DNA of 64,000 nucleotides from Escherichia coli (GTDB lineage Bacteria; Pseudomonadota; Gammaproteobacteria; Enterobacterales; Enterobacteriaceae): NCBI RefSeq assembly GCF_003018235.1, contig NZ_CP027437.1; one strand, 5' to 3'. Shown piece by piece: positions 33,223 to 42,929 of this stretch (position 1 is its first letter; each line of letters starts with the position of its first letter). The notes under the pieces were generated by a model. It saw only the letters and a program-made list of their open reading frames with translations, ran no database searches and was not told where the DNA came from. The position numbers and the translations under genes were made by a program.

Positions 33223-34617
33223 ATGACAAATCTAAAAAAGCGCGAGCGAGCGAAAACCAATGCATCGTTAATCTCTATGGTGCAACGCTTTTCAGATATC
33301 ACCATCATGTTTGCCGGGCTATGGCTGGTTTGCGAAGTCAGCGGACTGTCATTCCTCTACATGCACCTGTTGGTGGCGCTGATTACGCTGGTGGTGTTCC
33401 AGATGCTGGGAGGCATCACCGATTTTTATCGCTCATGGCGCGGTGTTCGGGCAGCGACAGAATTTGCTCTGTTGCTACAAAACTGGACCTTAAGCGTGAT
33501 TTTCAGCGCCGGACTGGTGGCGTTCAACAAAGATTTCGATACGCAACTGAAAATCTGGCTGGCGTGGTATGGGCTGACCAGTATCGGACTGGTGGTTTGC
33601 CGTTCGTGTATTCGCATTGGGGCGGGCTGGCTGCGTAATCATGGCTATAACAAGCGCATGGTCGCGGTGGCGGGGGATTTAGCCGCCGGACAAATGCTGA
33701 TGGAGAGCTTCCGTAATCAGCCGTGGTTAGGGTTTGAAGTGGTGGGCGTCTACCACGACCCGAAACCGGGCGGCGTTTCTAACGACTGGGCGGGTAACCT
33801 GCAACAGCTGGTCGAGGATGCGAAAGCGGGCAAGATTCATAACGTCTATATCGCGATGCAAATGTGCGACGGCGCGCGAGTGAAAAAACTGGTCCATCAA
33901 CTGGCGGACACTACCTGTTCGGTGCTGCTGATCCCCGACGTCTTTACTTTCAACATTCTCCATTCACGTCTCGAAGAGATGAACGGCGTTCCGGTGGTGC
34001 CGCTGTATGACACGCCACTTTCCGGGGTTAACCGCTTGCTAAAACGTGCGGAAGACATTGTGCTGGCGACGCTTATTCTGCTGCTGATCTCCCCGGTGCT
34101 GTGCTGTATTGCGCTCGCGGTGAAACTGAGCTCACCAGGGCCGGTTATTTTCCGCCAGACTCGCTACGGCATGGATGGCAAGCCGATCAAAGTGTGGAAG
34201 TTCCGTTCCATGAAAGTGATGGAGAACGACAAAGTGGTGACCCAGGCGACGCAGAACGATCCGCGCGTCACCAAAGTGGGTAACTTTCTGCGCCGCACCT
34301 CGCTGGACGAACTGCCGCAGTTTATCAATGTGCTGACCGGCGGGATGTCGATTGTGGGTCCACGTCCGCACGCGGTGGCGCATAACGAACAGTATCGCCA
34401 GCTCATTGAAGGCTACATGCTGCGTCATAAAGTGAAACCGGGCATTACCGGCTGGGCGCAGATTAACGGCTGGCGCGGCGAAACCGACACGCTGGAGAAA
34501 ATGGAAAAACGCGTCGAGTTCGACCTTGAGTACATCCGCGAATGGAGCGTCTGGTTCGATATCAAAATCGTTTTCCTGACGGTATTCAAAGGCTTCGTTA
34601 ACAAAGCGGCATATTGA
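33223..34617 (+). CDS. wcaJ: Undecaprenyl-phosphate glucose-1-phosphate transferase WcaJ
   Basis: 464-aa ORF with a polytopic N-terminus and C-terminal sugar-transferase domain. Confidence 0.94.
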   Translation: MTNLKKRERAKTNASLISMVQRFSDITIMFAGLWLVCEVSGLSFLYMHLLVALITLVVFQMLGGITDFYRSWRGVRAATEFALLLQNWTLSVIFSAGLVAFNKDFDTQLKIWLAWYGLTSIGLVVCRSCIRIGAGWLRNHGYNKRMVAVAGDLAAGQMLMESFRNQPWLGFEVVGVYHDPKPGGVSNDWAGNLQQLVEDAKAGKIHNVYIAMQMCDGARVKKLVHQLADTTCSVLLIPDVFTFNILHSRLEEMNGVPVVPLYDTPLSGVNRLLKRAEDIVLATLILLLISPVLCCIALAVKLSSPGPVIFRQTRYGMDGKPIKVWKFRSMKVMENDKVVTQATQNDPRVTKVGNFLRRTSLDELPQFINVLTGGMSIVGPRPHAVAHNEQYRQLIEGYMLRHKVKPGITGWAQINGWRGETDTLEKMEKRVEFDLEYIREWSVWFDIKIVFLTVFKGFVNKAAY

Positions 34618-34618
34618 T

Positions 34619-36097
34619 ATGAGCTTACGTGAAAAAACCATCAGCGGCGCGAAGTGGTCGGCGATTGCCACGGTGATCATCATCGGCCTCGGGCTGGTGC
34701 AGATGACCGTGCTGGCGCGGATTATCGACAACCACCAGTTCGGTTTGCTTACCGTGTCGCTGGTGATTATCGCGCTGGCAGATACGCTTTCTGACTTCGG
34801 TATCGCTAACTCGATTATTCAGCGAAAAGAAATCAGCCACCTTGAACTCACCACGCTGTACTGGTTGAACGTCGGGCTGGGGCTTGTGGTGTGCGTGGCG
34901 GTGTTTTTGTTGAGTGATCTCATTGGTGACGTGCTGAATAACCCGGACCTGGCACCGTTGATTAAAACATTGTCGCTGGCGTTTGTGGTGATCCCCCACG
35001 GGCAACAGTTCCGCGCGTTGATGCAGAAGGAGCTGGAGTTCAACAAAATCGGCATGATCGAAACCAGCGCGGTGCTGGCGGGCTTTACTTTTACGGTGGT
35101 TAGCGCCCATTTCTGGCCGCTGGCGATGACCGCGATCCTCGGTTATCTGGTCAATAGTGCGGTGAGAACGCTGCTATTTGGCTACTTTGGACGCAAAATT
35201 TATCGCCCCGGTCTGCATTTCTCGCTGGCGTCGGTGGCACCGAACTTACGCTTTGGTGCCTGGCTGACGGCGGACAGCATCATCAACTATCTCAATACCA
35301 ACCTTTCAACGCTGGTGCTGGCGCGTATTCTCGGCGCGGGCGTGGCAGGGGGATACAACCTGGCGTACAACGTGGCCGTTGTGCCACCGATGAAGCTGAA
35401 CCCAATCATCACCCGCGTGTTGTTTCCGGCATTCGCCAAAATTCAGGACGATACCGAAAAGCTGCGTGTTAACTTCTACAAGCTGCTGTCGGTAGTGGGG
35501 ATTATCAACTTTCCGGCGCTGCTGGGGCTGATGGTGGTGTCGAATAACTTTGTACCGCTGGTCTTTGGTGAGAAGTGGAACAGCATTATTCCGGTGCTGC
35601 AATTGCTGTGTGTGGTGGGTCTGCTGCGCTCAGTGGGTAACCCGATTGGTTCGCTGCTGATGGCGAAAGCACGGGTGGATATCAGCTTTAAATTCAACGT
35701 ATTCAAAACCTTTCTGTTTATTCCGGCGATTGTTATAGGTGGGCAGATGGCGGGCGCAATCGGCGTCACGCTTGGCTTCCTGCTGGTGCAGATTATCAAC
35801 ACCATTCTCAGTTACTTCGTGATGATTAAACCGGTGCTCGGTTCCAGTTATCGCCAGTACATCCTGAGTTTGTGGCTACCGTTTTATCTCTCGCTGCCGA
35901 CGCTGGTGGTCAGTTATGCGCTGGGCATTGTGCTGAAAGGGCAACTGGCGCTGGGGATGCTGCTGGCGGTGCAAATAGCCGCGGGCGTGCTGGCGTTTGT
36001 AGTGATGATTGTGCTGTCGCGCCATCCGCTGGTGGTGGAAGTGAAGCGTCAGTTTTGTCGCAGCGAAAAAATGAAAATGCTTTTACGGGCGGGGTGA
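34619..36097 (+). CDS. wzxC: Colanic acid repeat-unit flippase WzxC
   Basis: 492-aa polytopic ORF. Confidence 0.93.
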   Translation: MSLREKTISGAKWSAIATVIIIGLGLVQMTVLARIIDNHQFGLLTVSLVIIALADTLSDFGIANSIIQRKEISHLELTTLYWLNVGLGLVVCVAVFLLSDLIGDVLNNPDLAPLIKTLSLAFVVIPHGQQFRALMQKELEFNKIGMIETSAVLAGFTFTVVSAHFWPLAMTAILGYLVNSAVRTLLFGYFGRKIYRPGLHFSLASVAPNLRFGAWLTADSIINYLNTNLSTLVLARILGAGVAGGYNLAYNVAVVPPMKLNPIITRVLFPAFAKIQDDTEKLRVNFYKLLSVVGIINFPALLGLMVVSNNFVPLVFGEKWNSIIPVLQLLCVVGLLRSVGNPIGSLLMAKARVDISFKFNVFKTFLFIPAIVIGGQMAGAIGVTLGFLLVQIINTILSYFVMIKPVLGSSYRQYILSLWLPFYLSLPTLVVSYALGIVLKGQLALGMLLAVQIAAGVLAFVVMIVLSRHPLVVEVKRQFCRSEKMKMLLRAG

Positions 36098-36124
36098 GTT
36101 GCTGTTTTCGGTTCCGGCAATGGT

Positions 36125-36412
36125 TGCCGGATGCGGCGTAAAACGCCTTATCCGTCCTACGGTTCTGTGCTTGGGACTTGTAGGCCTGATAAGACGCGCC
36201 AGCGTCGCATCAGGCACTAAATGCCGGATGCGGCGTAAAACGCCTTATCTGTCCTACGGTTCTGTGCTTGGGACTTGTAGGCCTGATAAGACGCGTCAGC
36301 GTCGCATCAGGCACTGAATGCCGGATGCGGCGTTAACGCCTTATCCGTCCTACGGTTCTGTGCTCGGATCTTTAGGCATGATAAGACGCGTCAGCGTCGC
36401 ATCAGGCAAAAG
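36125..36412. repeat. Three tandem 97-bp BIME-type units (paired REPs) between wzxC and wcaK
   Basis: tgccggatgcggcg recurs at 36125, 36222 and 36319 (period 97). Each unit contains gccttatccgtcctac... and taggcctgataagacgcg.cagcgtcgcatcaggca. Confidence 0.9.
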
Positions 36413-36467
36413 CGGCAACGAAAACAACAAACACAGCTTCAGCTGGCATCAAATTTATGAGGAAAAA

Positions 36468-37748
36468 ATGAAATTACTTATTCTGGGCAACCACACTTGC
36501 GGCAATCGTGGCGACAGCGCCATCCTGCGCGGCTTACTTGATGCCATCAACATCCTCAATCCACATGCCGAAGTGGACGTGATGAGCCGCTATCCGGTCA
36601 GTTCTTCCTGGCTGCTCAACCGCCCGGTAATGGGCGATCCGCTGTTCCTGCAAATGAAAAAACACAACAGCGCGGCAGGCGTTGTCGGGCGCGTTAAAAA
36701 AGTCCTCCGTCGCCGCTACCAGCATCAGGTATTGCTCTCACGCGTCACCGACACTGGCAAGCTGCGTAATATCGCCATCGCCCAGGGATTCACCGACTTC
36801 GTGCGCCTGCTGTCAGGTTACGACGCCATTATTCAGGTCGGCGGATCGTTTTTTGTCGATCTCTATGGCGTGCCGCAGTTTGAACATGCACTTTGCACTT
36901 TCATGGCGAAAAAGCCGCTGTTTATGATTGGTCACAGTGTTGGTCCCTTCCAGGATGAGCAATTTAACCAACTGGCGAACTATGTCTTTGGTCATTGCGA
37001 CGCGCTGATCCTGCGCGAATCGGTCAGCCTTGATCTGATGAAACGTAGCAATATCACTACCGCAAAAGTTGAACATGGCGTCGATACCGCGTGGCTGGTC
37101 GATCACCACACAGAAGATTTCACCGCCAGCTATGCCGTCCAACACTGGCTGGACGTTGCCGCACAACAGAAAACGGTAGCAATTACCCTGCGCGAACTGG
37201 CACCGTTCGACAAACGTCTCGGCACCACTCAACAAGCGTATGAAAAAGCCTTTGCCGGGGTGGTCAATCGCATTCTCGACGAAGGGTATCAGGTGATTGC
37301 GCTTTCCACCTGTACGGGCATCGACAGCTATAACAAAGACGATCGCATGGTGGCGCTCAATCTGCGCCAGCACATCAGCGATCCTGCCCGTTACCACGTA
37401 GTGATGGATGAACTCAACGATCTGGAAATGGGCAAAATTCTCGGTGCCTGTGAACTCACCGTCGGTACGCGCCTGCACTCTGCCATTATCTCGATGAATT
37501 TTGCCACTCCGGCAATTGCCATCAACTACGAACATAAATCCGCCGGGATTATGCAGCAGCTGGGACTACCGGAGATGGCAATTGATATCCGTCATTTATT
37601 AGACGGCAGCCTGCAAGCGATGGTTGCGGATACCTTAGGCCAACTTCCGGCGCTGAACGCACGACTTAGCGAAGCCGTCAGTCGCGAACGTCAGACGGGA
37701 ATGCAGATGGTGCAATCTGTGCTTGAGCGCATCGGGGAGGCGAAATGA
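36468..37748 (+). CDS. wcaK: Colanic acid pyruvyl transferase WcaK
   Basis: Start at ATG 36468 (MKLLILGNHTCGNRGDSAIL), 426 aa. The ORF-track N-terminal extension is translated REP sequence. Confidence 0.92.
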   Translation: MKLLILGNHTCGNRGDSAILRGLLDAINILNPHAEVDVMSRYPVSSSWLLNRPVMGDPLFLQMKKHNSAAGVVGRVKKVLRRRYQHQVLLSRVTDTGKLRNIAIAQGFTDFVRLLSGYDAIIQVGGSFFVDLYGVPQFEHALCTFMAKKPLFMIGHSVGPFQDEQFNQLANYVFGHCDALILRESVSLDLMKRSNITTAKVEHGVDTAWLVDHHTEDFTASYAVQHWLDVAAQQKTVAITLRELAPFDKRLGTTQQAYEKAFAGVVNRILDEGYQVIALSTCTGIDSYNKDDRMVALNLRQHISDPARYHVVMDELNDLEMGKILGACELTVGTRLHSAIISMNFATPAIAINYEHKSAGIMQQLGLPEMAIDIRHLLDGSLQAMVADTLGQLPALNARLSEAVSRERQTGMQMVQSVLERIGEAK

Positions 37749-38965
37749 AGGTCGGCTTCTTCTTATTGAAATTCCCGCTGTCGTCAGAAACCTTCGTCCT
37801 CAATCAAATTACCGCGTTTATTGATATGGGCTTTGAGGTGGAGATTGTCGCGCTGCAAAAAGGCGACACCCAGAACACCCACGCGGCATGGACGAAATAC
37901 AACCTTGCCGCAAGAACCCGTTGGTTACAGGACGAACCTGCGGGCAAAGTAGCGAAACTGCGCCACCGCGCCAGCCAGACCTTACGCGGCATTCATCGTA
38001 AAAATACCTGGCAGGCGCTCAACCTCAAACGCTATGGCGCAGAGTCGCGGAACCTGATTTTGTCTGCCATTTGCGGCCAGGTCGCAACACCATTTTATGC
38101 CGATGTCTTTATCGCTCATTTTGGCCCTGCGGGGGTAACAGCAGCAAAACTACGGGAACTGGGTGTCATACGCGGCAAAATCGCTACTATCTTCCACGGC
38201 ATTGATATCTCCAGTCGGGAAGTGCTCAACCACTACACTCCCGAATATCAGCAACTGTTCCGCCGTGGCGACCTGATGCTACCGATAAGCGATCTGTGGG
38301 CCGGAAGGCTGCAAAAAATGGGCTGCCCGAGGGAAAAAATCGCCGTATCGCGCATGGGCGTGGACATGACGCGCTTTAGCCCGCGTCCGGTGAAAGCGCC
38401 TGCAACGCCGCTGGAAATCATTTCCGTCGCACGCTTAACCGAGAAAAAAGGCCTGCATGTGGCGATTGAAGCCTGCCGTCAGTTGAAAGAGCAGGGCGTG
38501 GCATTTCGCTATCGCATCCTCGGCATTGGCCCGTGGGAACGACGCCTGCGCACCCTCATCGAACAATATCAACTGGAAGATGTGGTGGAGATGCCGGGCT
38601 TTAAACCGAGCCATGAAGTGAAAGCGATGCTCGACGACGCGGATGTCTTCCTCCTGCCATCGGTAACGGGCGCGGATGGCGATATGGAAGGTATTCCGGT
38701 GGCACTAATGGAAGCGATGGCGGTTGGCATTCCGGTGGTTTCCACTCTGCATAGCGGAATACCGGAACTGGTGGAGGCCGACAAATCCGGCTGGCTGGTG
38801 CCTGAGAACGATGCCCGTGCACTGGCGCAACGACTGGCGGCGTTTAGCCAATTGGACACCGACGAACTGGCACCGGTTGTCAAACGTGCGCGCGAAAAAG
38901 TCGAACACGATTTTAACCAGCAGGTGATTAACCGAGAACTCGCCAGCTTGTTGCAGGCTTTATAG
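37745..38965 (+). CDS. wcaL: Colanic acid GT4 glycosyltransferase WcaL
   Basis: 406-aa ORF; ATGA overlap with wcaK. Confidence 0.92.
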   Translation: MKVGFFLLKFPLSSETFVLNQITAFIDMGFEVEIVALQKGDTQNTHAAWTKYNLAARTRWLQDEPAGKVAKLRHRASQTLRGIHRKNTWQALNLKRYGAESRNLILSAICGQVATPFYADVFIAHFGPAGVTAAKLRELGVIRGKIATIFHGIDISSREVLNHYTPEYQQLFRRGDLMLPISDLWAGRLQKMGCPREKIAVSRMGVDMTRFSPRPVKAPATPLEIISVARLTEKKGLHVAIEACRQLKEQGVAFRYRILGIGPWERRLRTLIEQYQLEDVVEMPGFKPSHEVKAMLDDADVFLLPSVTGADGDMEGIPVALMEAMAVGIPVVSTLHSGIPELVEADKSGWLVPENDARALAQRLAAFSQLDTDELAPVVKRAREKVEHDFNQQVINRELASLLQAL

Positions 38966-38975
38966 AGGAGAACGC

Positions 38976-40370
38976 ATGACATTTAAAAAACTCTCCCGAC
39001 GCACCTTCCTGACGGCAAGCTCGGCGCTTGCCTTCCTCCATACGCCTTTCGCTCGCGCACTTCCCGCCCGACAAAGCGTTAACATTAACGACTACAACCC
39101 TCACGACTGGATCGCCTCATTTAAACAAGCCTTCCGCGAAGGGCAAACAGTCGTCGTGCCTGGCGGATTGGTTTGTGACAATATCAACACCGGCATCTTC
39201 ATTCCTGCAGGTAAAACGTTACACATCCTTGGAAACTTGCGCGGCAACGGCAGAGGAAGATTTGTCTTACAGGACGGCAGCCAGGTGACAGGGGAGGATG
39301 GCGGCAGTATGCATAACATCACCCTGGATGTGCGTGGTTCTGATTGCACCATCAAAGGGCTGGCGATGAGCGGCTTTGGCCCAGTAACGCAGATTTATAT
39401 TGGCGGCAAAAACAAACGAGTCATGCGTAACCTGACCATCGATAACCTGACCGTTAGCCACGCTAATTACGCCATCTTACGCCAGGGATTTCATAACCAG
39501 ATTATCGGTGCCAACATCACCAATTGTAAGTTCAGCGACTTACAGGGTGACGCCATTGAATGGAACGTGGCAATTAACGACCGTGATATTTTGATCTCCA
39601 ACCACATCATCGATCGCATCAACTGTACTAACGGCAAAATCAACTGGGGCATCGGCATAGGCCTTGCGGGAAGCACTTACGATAATAATTACCCAGAAGA
39701 TCAGGCAGTGAAAAACTTTGTCGTGGCGAATATCACGGGATCAGATTGTCGGCAACTGATCCATGTTGAAAATGGTAAACATTTTGTTATCCGTAATATC
39801 AAAGCTCGTAATATCACGCCGGATTTCAGTAAGAAAGCAGGTATTGATAACGCCACAGTTGCTATTTATGGTTGTGACAACTTTGTGATTGATAATATTG
39901 AAATGAATAATAGTGCCGGGATGTTAATCGGCTATGGGGTAATTAAAGGCAAATATCTCTCGATACCGCAAAATTTCCGAGTGAATAATATTCAACTGCA
40001 TAACACCCATCTTGCTTATAAATTGCGCGGCATCCAAATCTCCGCCGGGAATGCTGTCTCCTTTGTGGCACTGACTAACATTGAGATGAAGCGTGCGTCG
40101 CTGGAGTTACACAACAAACCGCAACATCTTTTTATGCGTAATATCAATGTGATGCAGGAATCCTCAGTTGGATCAGCATTGAGCATGAACTTCGACATGC
40201 GCAAAGACGTTCGCGGCGTCTTTATGGCGAAAAAAGAAACACTGCTGTCACTTGCAAATGTTCATGCGGTGAATGAAAGAGGGCAAAGCTCCGTCGATAT
40301 CGACAGGATTAATCACCATATTGTTAATGTGGAAAAGATTAACTTTAGATTGCCGCAACGGAGAGAGTAG
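38976..40370 (+). CDS. wcaM: Colanic acid protein WcaM (Tat-signal, beta-helix-like)
   Basis: 464-aa ORF with N-terminal [15 protein letters not shown] twin-arginine-like signal. Confidence 0.9.
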   Translation: MTFKKLSRRTFLTASSALAFLHTPFARALPARQSVNINDYNPHDWIASFKQAFREGQTVVVPGGLVCDNINTGIFIPAGKTLHILGNLRGNGRGRFVLQDGSQVTGEDGGSMHNITLDVRGSDCTIKGLAMSGFGPVTQIYIGGKNKRVMRNLTIDNLTVSHANYAILRQGFHNQIIGANITNCKFSDLQGDAIEWNVAINDRDILISNHIIDRINCTNGKINWGIGIGLAGSTYDNNYPEDQAVKNFVVANITGSDCRQLIHVENGKHFVIRNIKARNITPDFSKKAGIDNATVAIYGCDNFVIDNIEMNNSAGMLIGYGVIKGKYLSIPQNFRVNNIQLHNTHLAYKLRGIQISAGNAVSFVALTNIEMKRASLELHNKPQHLFMRNINVMQESSVGSALSMNFDMRKDVRGVFMAKKETLLSLANVHAVNERGQSSVDIDRINHHIVNVEKINFRLPQRRE

Positions 40371-40543
40371 ATTTGCGACCATTCCTGGAAAAATGGAGCC
40401 ATACTTAGGAACAATGCTACTGCAATCCACAACGAAGCGGCGTAACATCACAAGTAATTCAGTAATCAATTCAGGTAATTGATGCTGGCGAAAAAAATCG
40501 AACAAGCTATAATTCAGCAACCATTTTACAGGTGGATGAAATA

Positions 40544-41437
40544 ATGACGAATTTAAAAGCAGTTATTCCTGTAGCGGGTCTTGGGATGCATATGTTGCCT
40601 GCCACTAAGGCGATTCCCAAAGAGATGCTACCGATCGTCGACAAACCAATGATTCAGTACATTGTTGACGAGATTGTGGCTGCAGGGATCAAAGAAATCC
40701 TCCTGGTAACTCACGCGTCCAAGAATGCGGTCGAAAACCACTTCGACACCTCTTATGAATTAGAATCTCTCCTTGAGCAGCGCGTGAAGCGTCAACTGCT
40801 TGCGGAAGTGCAGTCCATCTGTCCACCGGGCGTGACCATTATGAACGTGCGTCAGGGCGAACCTTTAGGTTTGGGCCACTCCATTTTATGTGCACGACCT
40901 GCTATTGGTGACAACCCGTTTGTCGTGGTGCTGCCGGACGTTATTATCGATGACGCCAGTGCCGATCCGCTGCGTTACAACCTGGCTGCAATGATTGCGC
41001 GCTTTAACGAAACGGGCCGCAGCCAGGTCCTGGCAAAACGTATGCCGGGCGATCTCTCTGAATACTCCGTCATCCAGACTAAAGAACCGCTGGATCGTGA
41101 AGGCAAAGTCAGCCGCATTGTTGAATTTATCGAAAAACCGGATCAGCCGCAGACCCTGGACTCAGACATCATGGCCGTTGGTCGCTATGTCCTTTCTGCC
41201 GATATTTGGCCGGAGCTGGAACGTACTCAACCCGGTGCATGGGGACGTATACAACTGACTGATGCCATTGCAGAACTGGCGAAAAAACAGTCCGTTGATG
41301 CAATGCTGATGACCGGCGACAGCTATGACTGCGGTAAAAAAATGGGCTATATGCAGGCGTTTGTGAAGTATGGGCTACGTAACCTGAAGGAAGGGGCGAA
41401 GTTCCGCAAAGGTATTGAGAAGTTGCTCGGGAAATAA
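40544..41437 (+). CDS. galF: UTP-glucose-1-phosphate uridylyltransferase-like regulatory subunit GalF
   Basis: Start at [30 protein letters not shown], 297 aa. Confidence 0.95.
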   Translation: MTNLKAVIPVAGLGMHMLPATKAIPKEMLPIVDKPMIQYIVDEIVAAGIKEILLVTHASKNAVENHFDTSYELESLLEQRVKRQLLAEVQSICPPGVTIMNVRQGEPLGLGHSILCARPAIGDNPFVVVLPDVIIDDASADPLRYNLAAMIARFNETGRSQVLAKRMPGDLSEYSVIQTKEPLDREGKVSRIVEFIEKPDQPQTLDSDIMAVGRYVLSADIWPELERTQPGAWGRIQLTDAIAELAKKQSVDAMLMTGDSYDCGKKMGYMQAFVKYGLRNLKEGAKFRKGIEKLLGK

Positions 41438-41510
41438 TCAAGACAACAGTTTATTTGAATTGGCAATACTTCATATTAAATGGCAGGAGAAGTCTCGTGG
41501 TGCTATCGGT

Positions 41511-41537
41511 AGGCAGCATGACTCTACTGCCTTTTTT
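41511..41537 (+). terminator. Rho-independent terminator after galF
   Basis: AGGCAG (41511-16), 10-nt loop, CTGCCT (41527-32), running into a T-tract (41532-37). Confidence 0.6.
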
Positions 41538-41711
41538 GTGATAAAAATCAAGCAGTAAAAAACCAATATTCTACCTTTTCTTGTAGCAAAAATCGATTTT
41601 TCCTTGTTTCTTGGTGAGATTAATACGACAATATCTGGAATGTTCTGGGGCTAAATGTGTCAAAATGTAATCGATAATTGGTAGATTGAGCCCCGCAAAA
41701 ATTGGAGTGTA

Positions 41712-41750
41712 TAGTATGCTGGTAGCTGTTGAGCCAGGGGCGGTAGCGTG
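41712..41750 (+). promoter_or_regulatory. JUMPStart element with ops site (GGCGGTAGCGTG at 41739-41750) heading the O-antigen cluster
   Basis: tgctggtagctgttgagccaggggcggtagcgtg. Exact ops 12-mer, nearly identical to the element at 17157-17198. Confidence 0.9.
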
Positions 41751-41879
41751 CCTGAATAAATTAACATTTCGGTGTTAAAATAAGGTAACGTTATGTTAAA
41801 GGCTAACTTACAACAAATATAAGACCAAATAATTGAATACGTAATTAGCATAAAAGATTAATACAATTTCGGAGACGTC

Positions 41880-42896
41880 ATGACTATACTTGTAACAGGC
41901 GGCGCTGGTTATATTGGTTCACATACCGTTCTACAATTAATTGAGGGCGGGTATGATGTTGTTGTGCTTGATAACCTGAGTAATTCATCCCAAGAGTCAC
42001 TACATCGCGTTGGGTCTTTGGTTTCGAAAAATATTCCATTCATTAAGGCTGATATCAACGATAAACAAAAGCTTGAAGAAGTTTTTAAAAACTACGATAT
42101 TGATGCAGTGATTCATTTTGCAGGTTTAAAATCTGTTGGTGAATCAGTAAAGAAACCACTGGAATATTACATTAATAATGTCAGTGGAACCCTTACCCTG
42201 CTTGAAGTTATGAAGCAAGCAAATGTTTACAAATTCATTTTTAGTTCGTCTGCGACTGTTTATGGTAATCATTCTCCGGTTCCCAATCTGGAGGAATATC
42301 CTATTGGAAATGCTTCATGCCCCTATGGAACTACTAAAGTCATGCTGGAGCAGGTTTTATCAGACTATGCGAAGTCAGATGATAAATTAAAAATTATTGC
42401 TCTGCGTTATTTTAATCCTACAGGTGCGCATCCTAGTGGTCTTATTGGGGAGGACCCGAACGGCATTCCAAACAATCTTGTTCCTTATATTTCTCAGGTT
42501 GCTATTGGCAAATTAGAAAAACTGTCCGTTTATGGTGGCGATTATGAAACTATTGATGGAACAGGAGTACGCGACTTTATCCATGTGGTAGATCTTGCCG
42601 CAGGCCATGTTAGTGCTTTAAGGTATATTGATAAATTACAAGGATATGACATTTTTAATCTTGGTACTGGCACTGGTGTATCAGTTTTACAAGTAATCGA
42701 TGCCTTTGAAAAAGCAAGTAATCAGAAAGTTAATTATGAAATTGTCGCCAGACGTGAGGGCGATATAGGATCTTCTTGGGCTGATGTATCTAAAGCAGAA
42801 AGGATTTTAGGCTGGAAATCCAAGTACAATATTGAAGATATGATGGTCCATACCTGGAATTGGCAAAAACAAAACCCTAATGGCTATGGAAGTTAG
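41880..42896 (+). CDS. gne: UDP-hexose 4-epimerase, probably active on UDP-GlcNAc/UDP-GalNAc (Gne-type)
   Basis: 338-aa GalE-family SDR with TGGAGYIGSH and YGTTK (YxxxK). The residue aligned with E. coli GalE Tyr299 is Ser299 (codon 42774-42776). Confidence 0.8.
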   Translation: MTILVTGGAGYIGSHTVLQLIEGGYDVVVLDNLSNSSQESLHRVGSLVSKNIPFIKADINDKQKLEEVFKNYDIDAVIHFAGLKSVGESVKKPLEYYINNVSGTLTLLEVMKQANVYKFIFSSSATVYGNHSPVPNLEEYPIGNASCPYGTTKVMLEQVLSDYAKSDDKLKIIALRYFNPTGAHPSGLIGEDPNGIPNNLVPYISQVAIGKLEKLSVYGGDYETIDGTGVRDFIHVVDLAAGHVSALRYIDKLQGYDIFNLGTGTGVSVLQVIDAFEKASNQKVNYEIVARREGDIGSSWADVSKAERILGWKSKYNIEDMMVHTWNWQKQNPNGYGS

Positions 42897-42929
42897 TACC
42901 TATTGATTTAATATTATAATGGCGTATCA

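Noticed and set aside
36125..36412. Possible CRISPR array because of regular repeats
   Set aside because: The units are contiguous 97-bp BIME copies with no unique spacers, and there are no cas genes. No CRISPR-like array was seen elsewhere in the window.
36099..36467. 72-aa ORF and the 50-codon N-terminal extension of the wcaK ORF
   Set aside because: They are translations of the triple 97-bp BIME array. The true wcaK start is ATG 36468.
41660..41851. 63-aa minus-strand ORF across the O-antigen leader
   Set aside because: It covers the JUMPStart/ops element in an AT-rich non-coding leader, with no SD or motif support.
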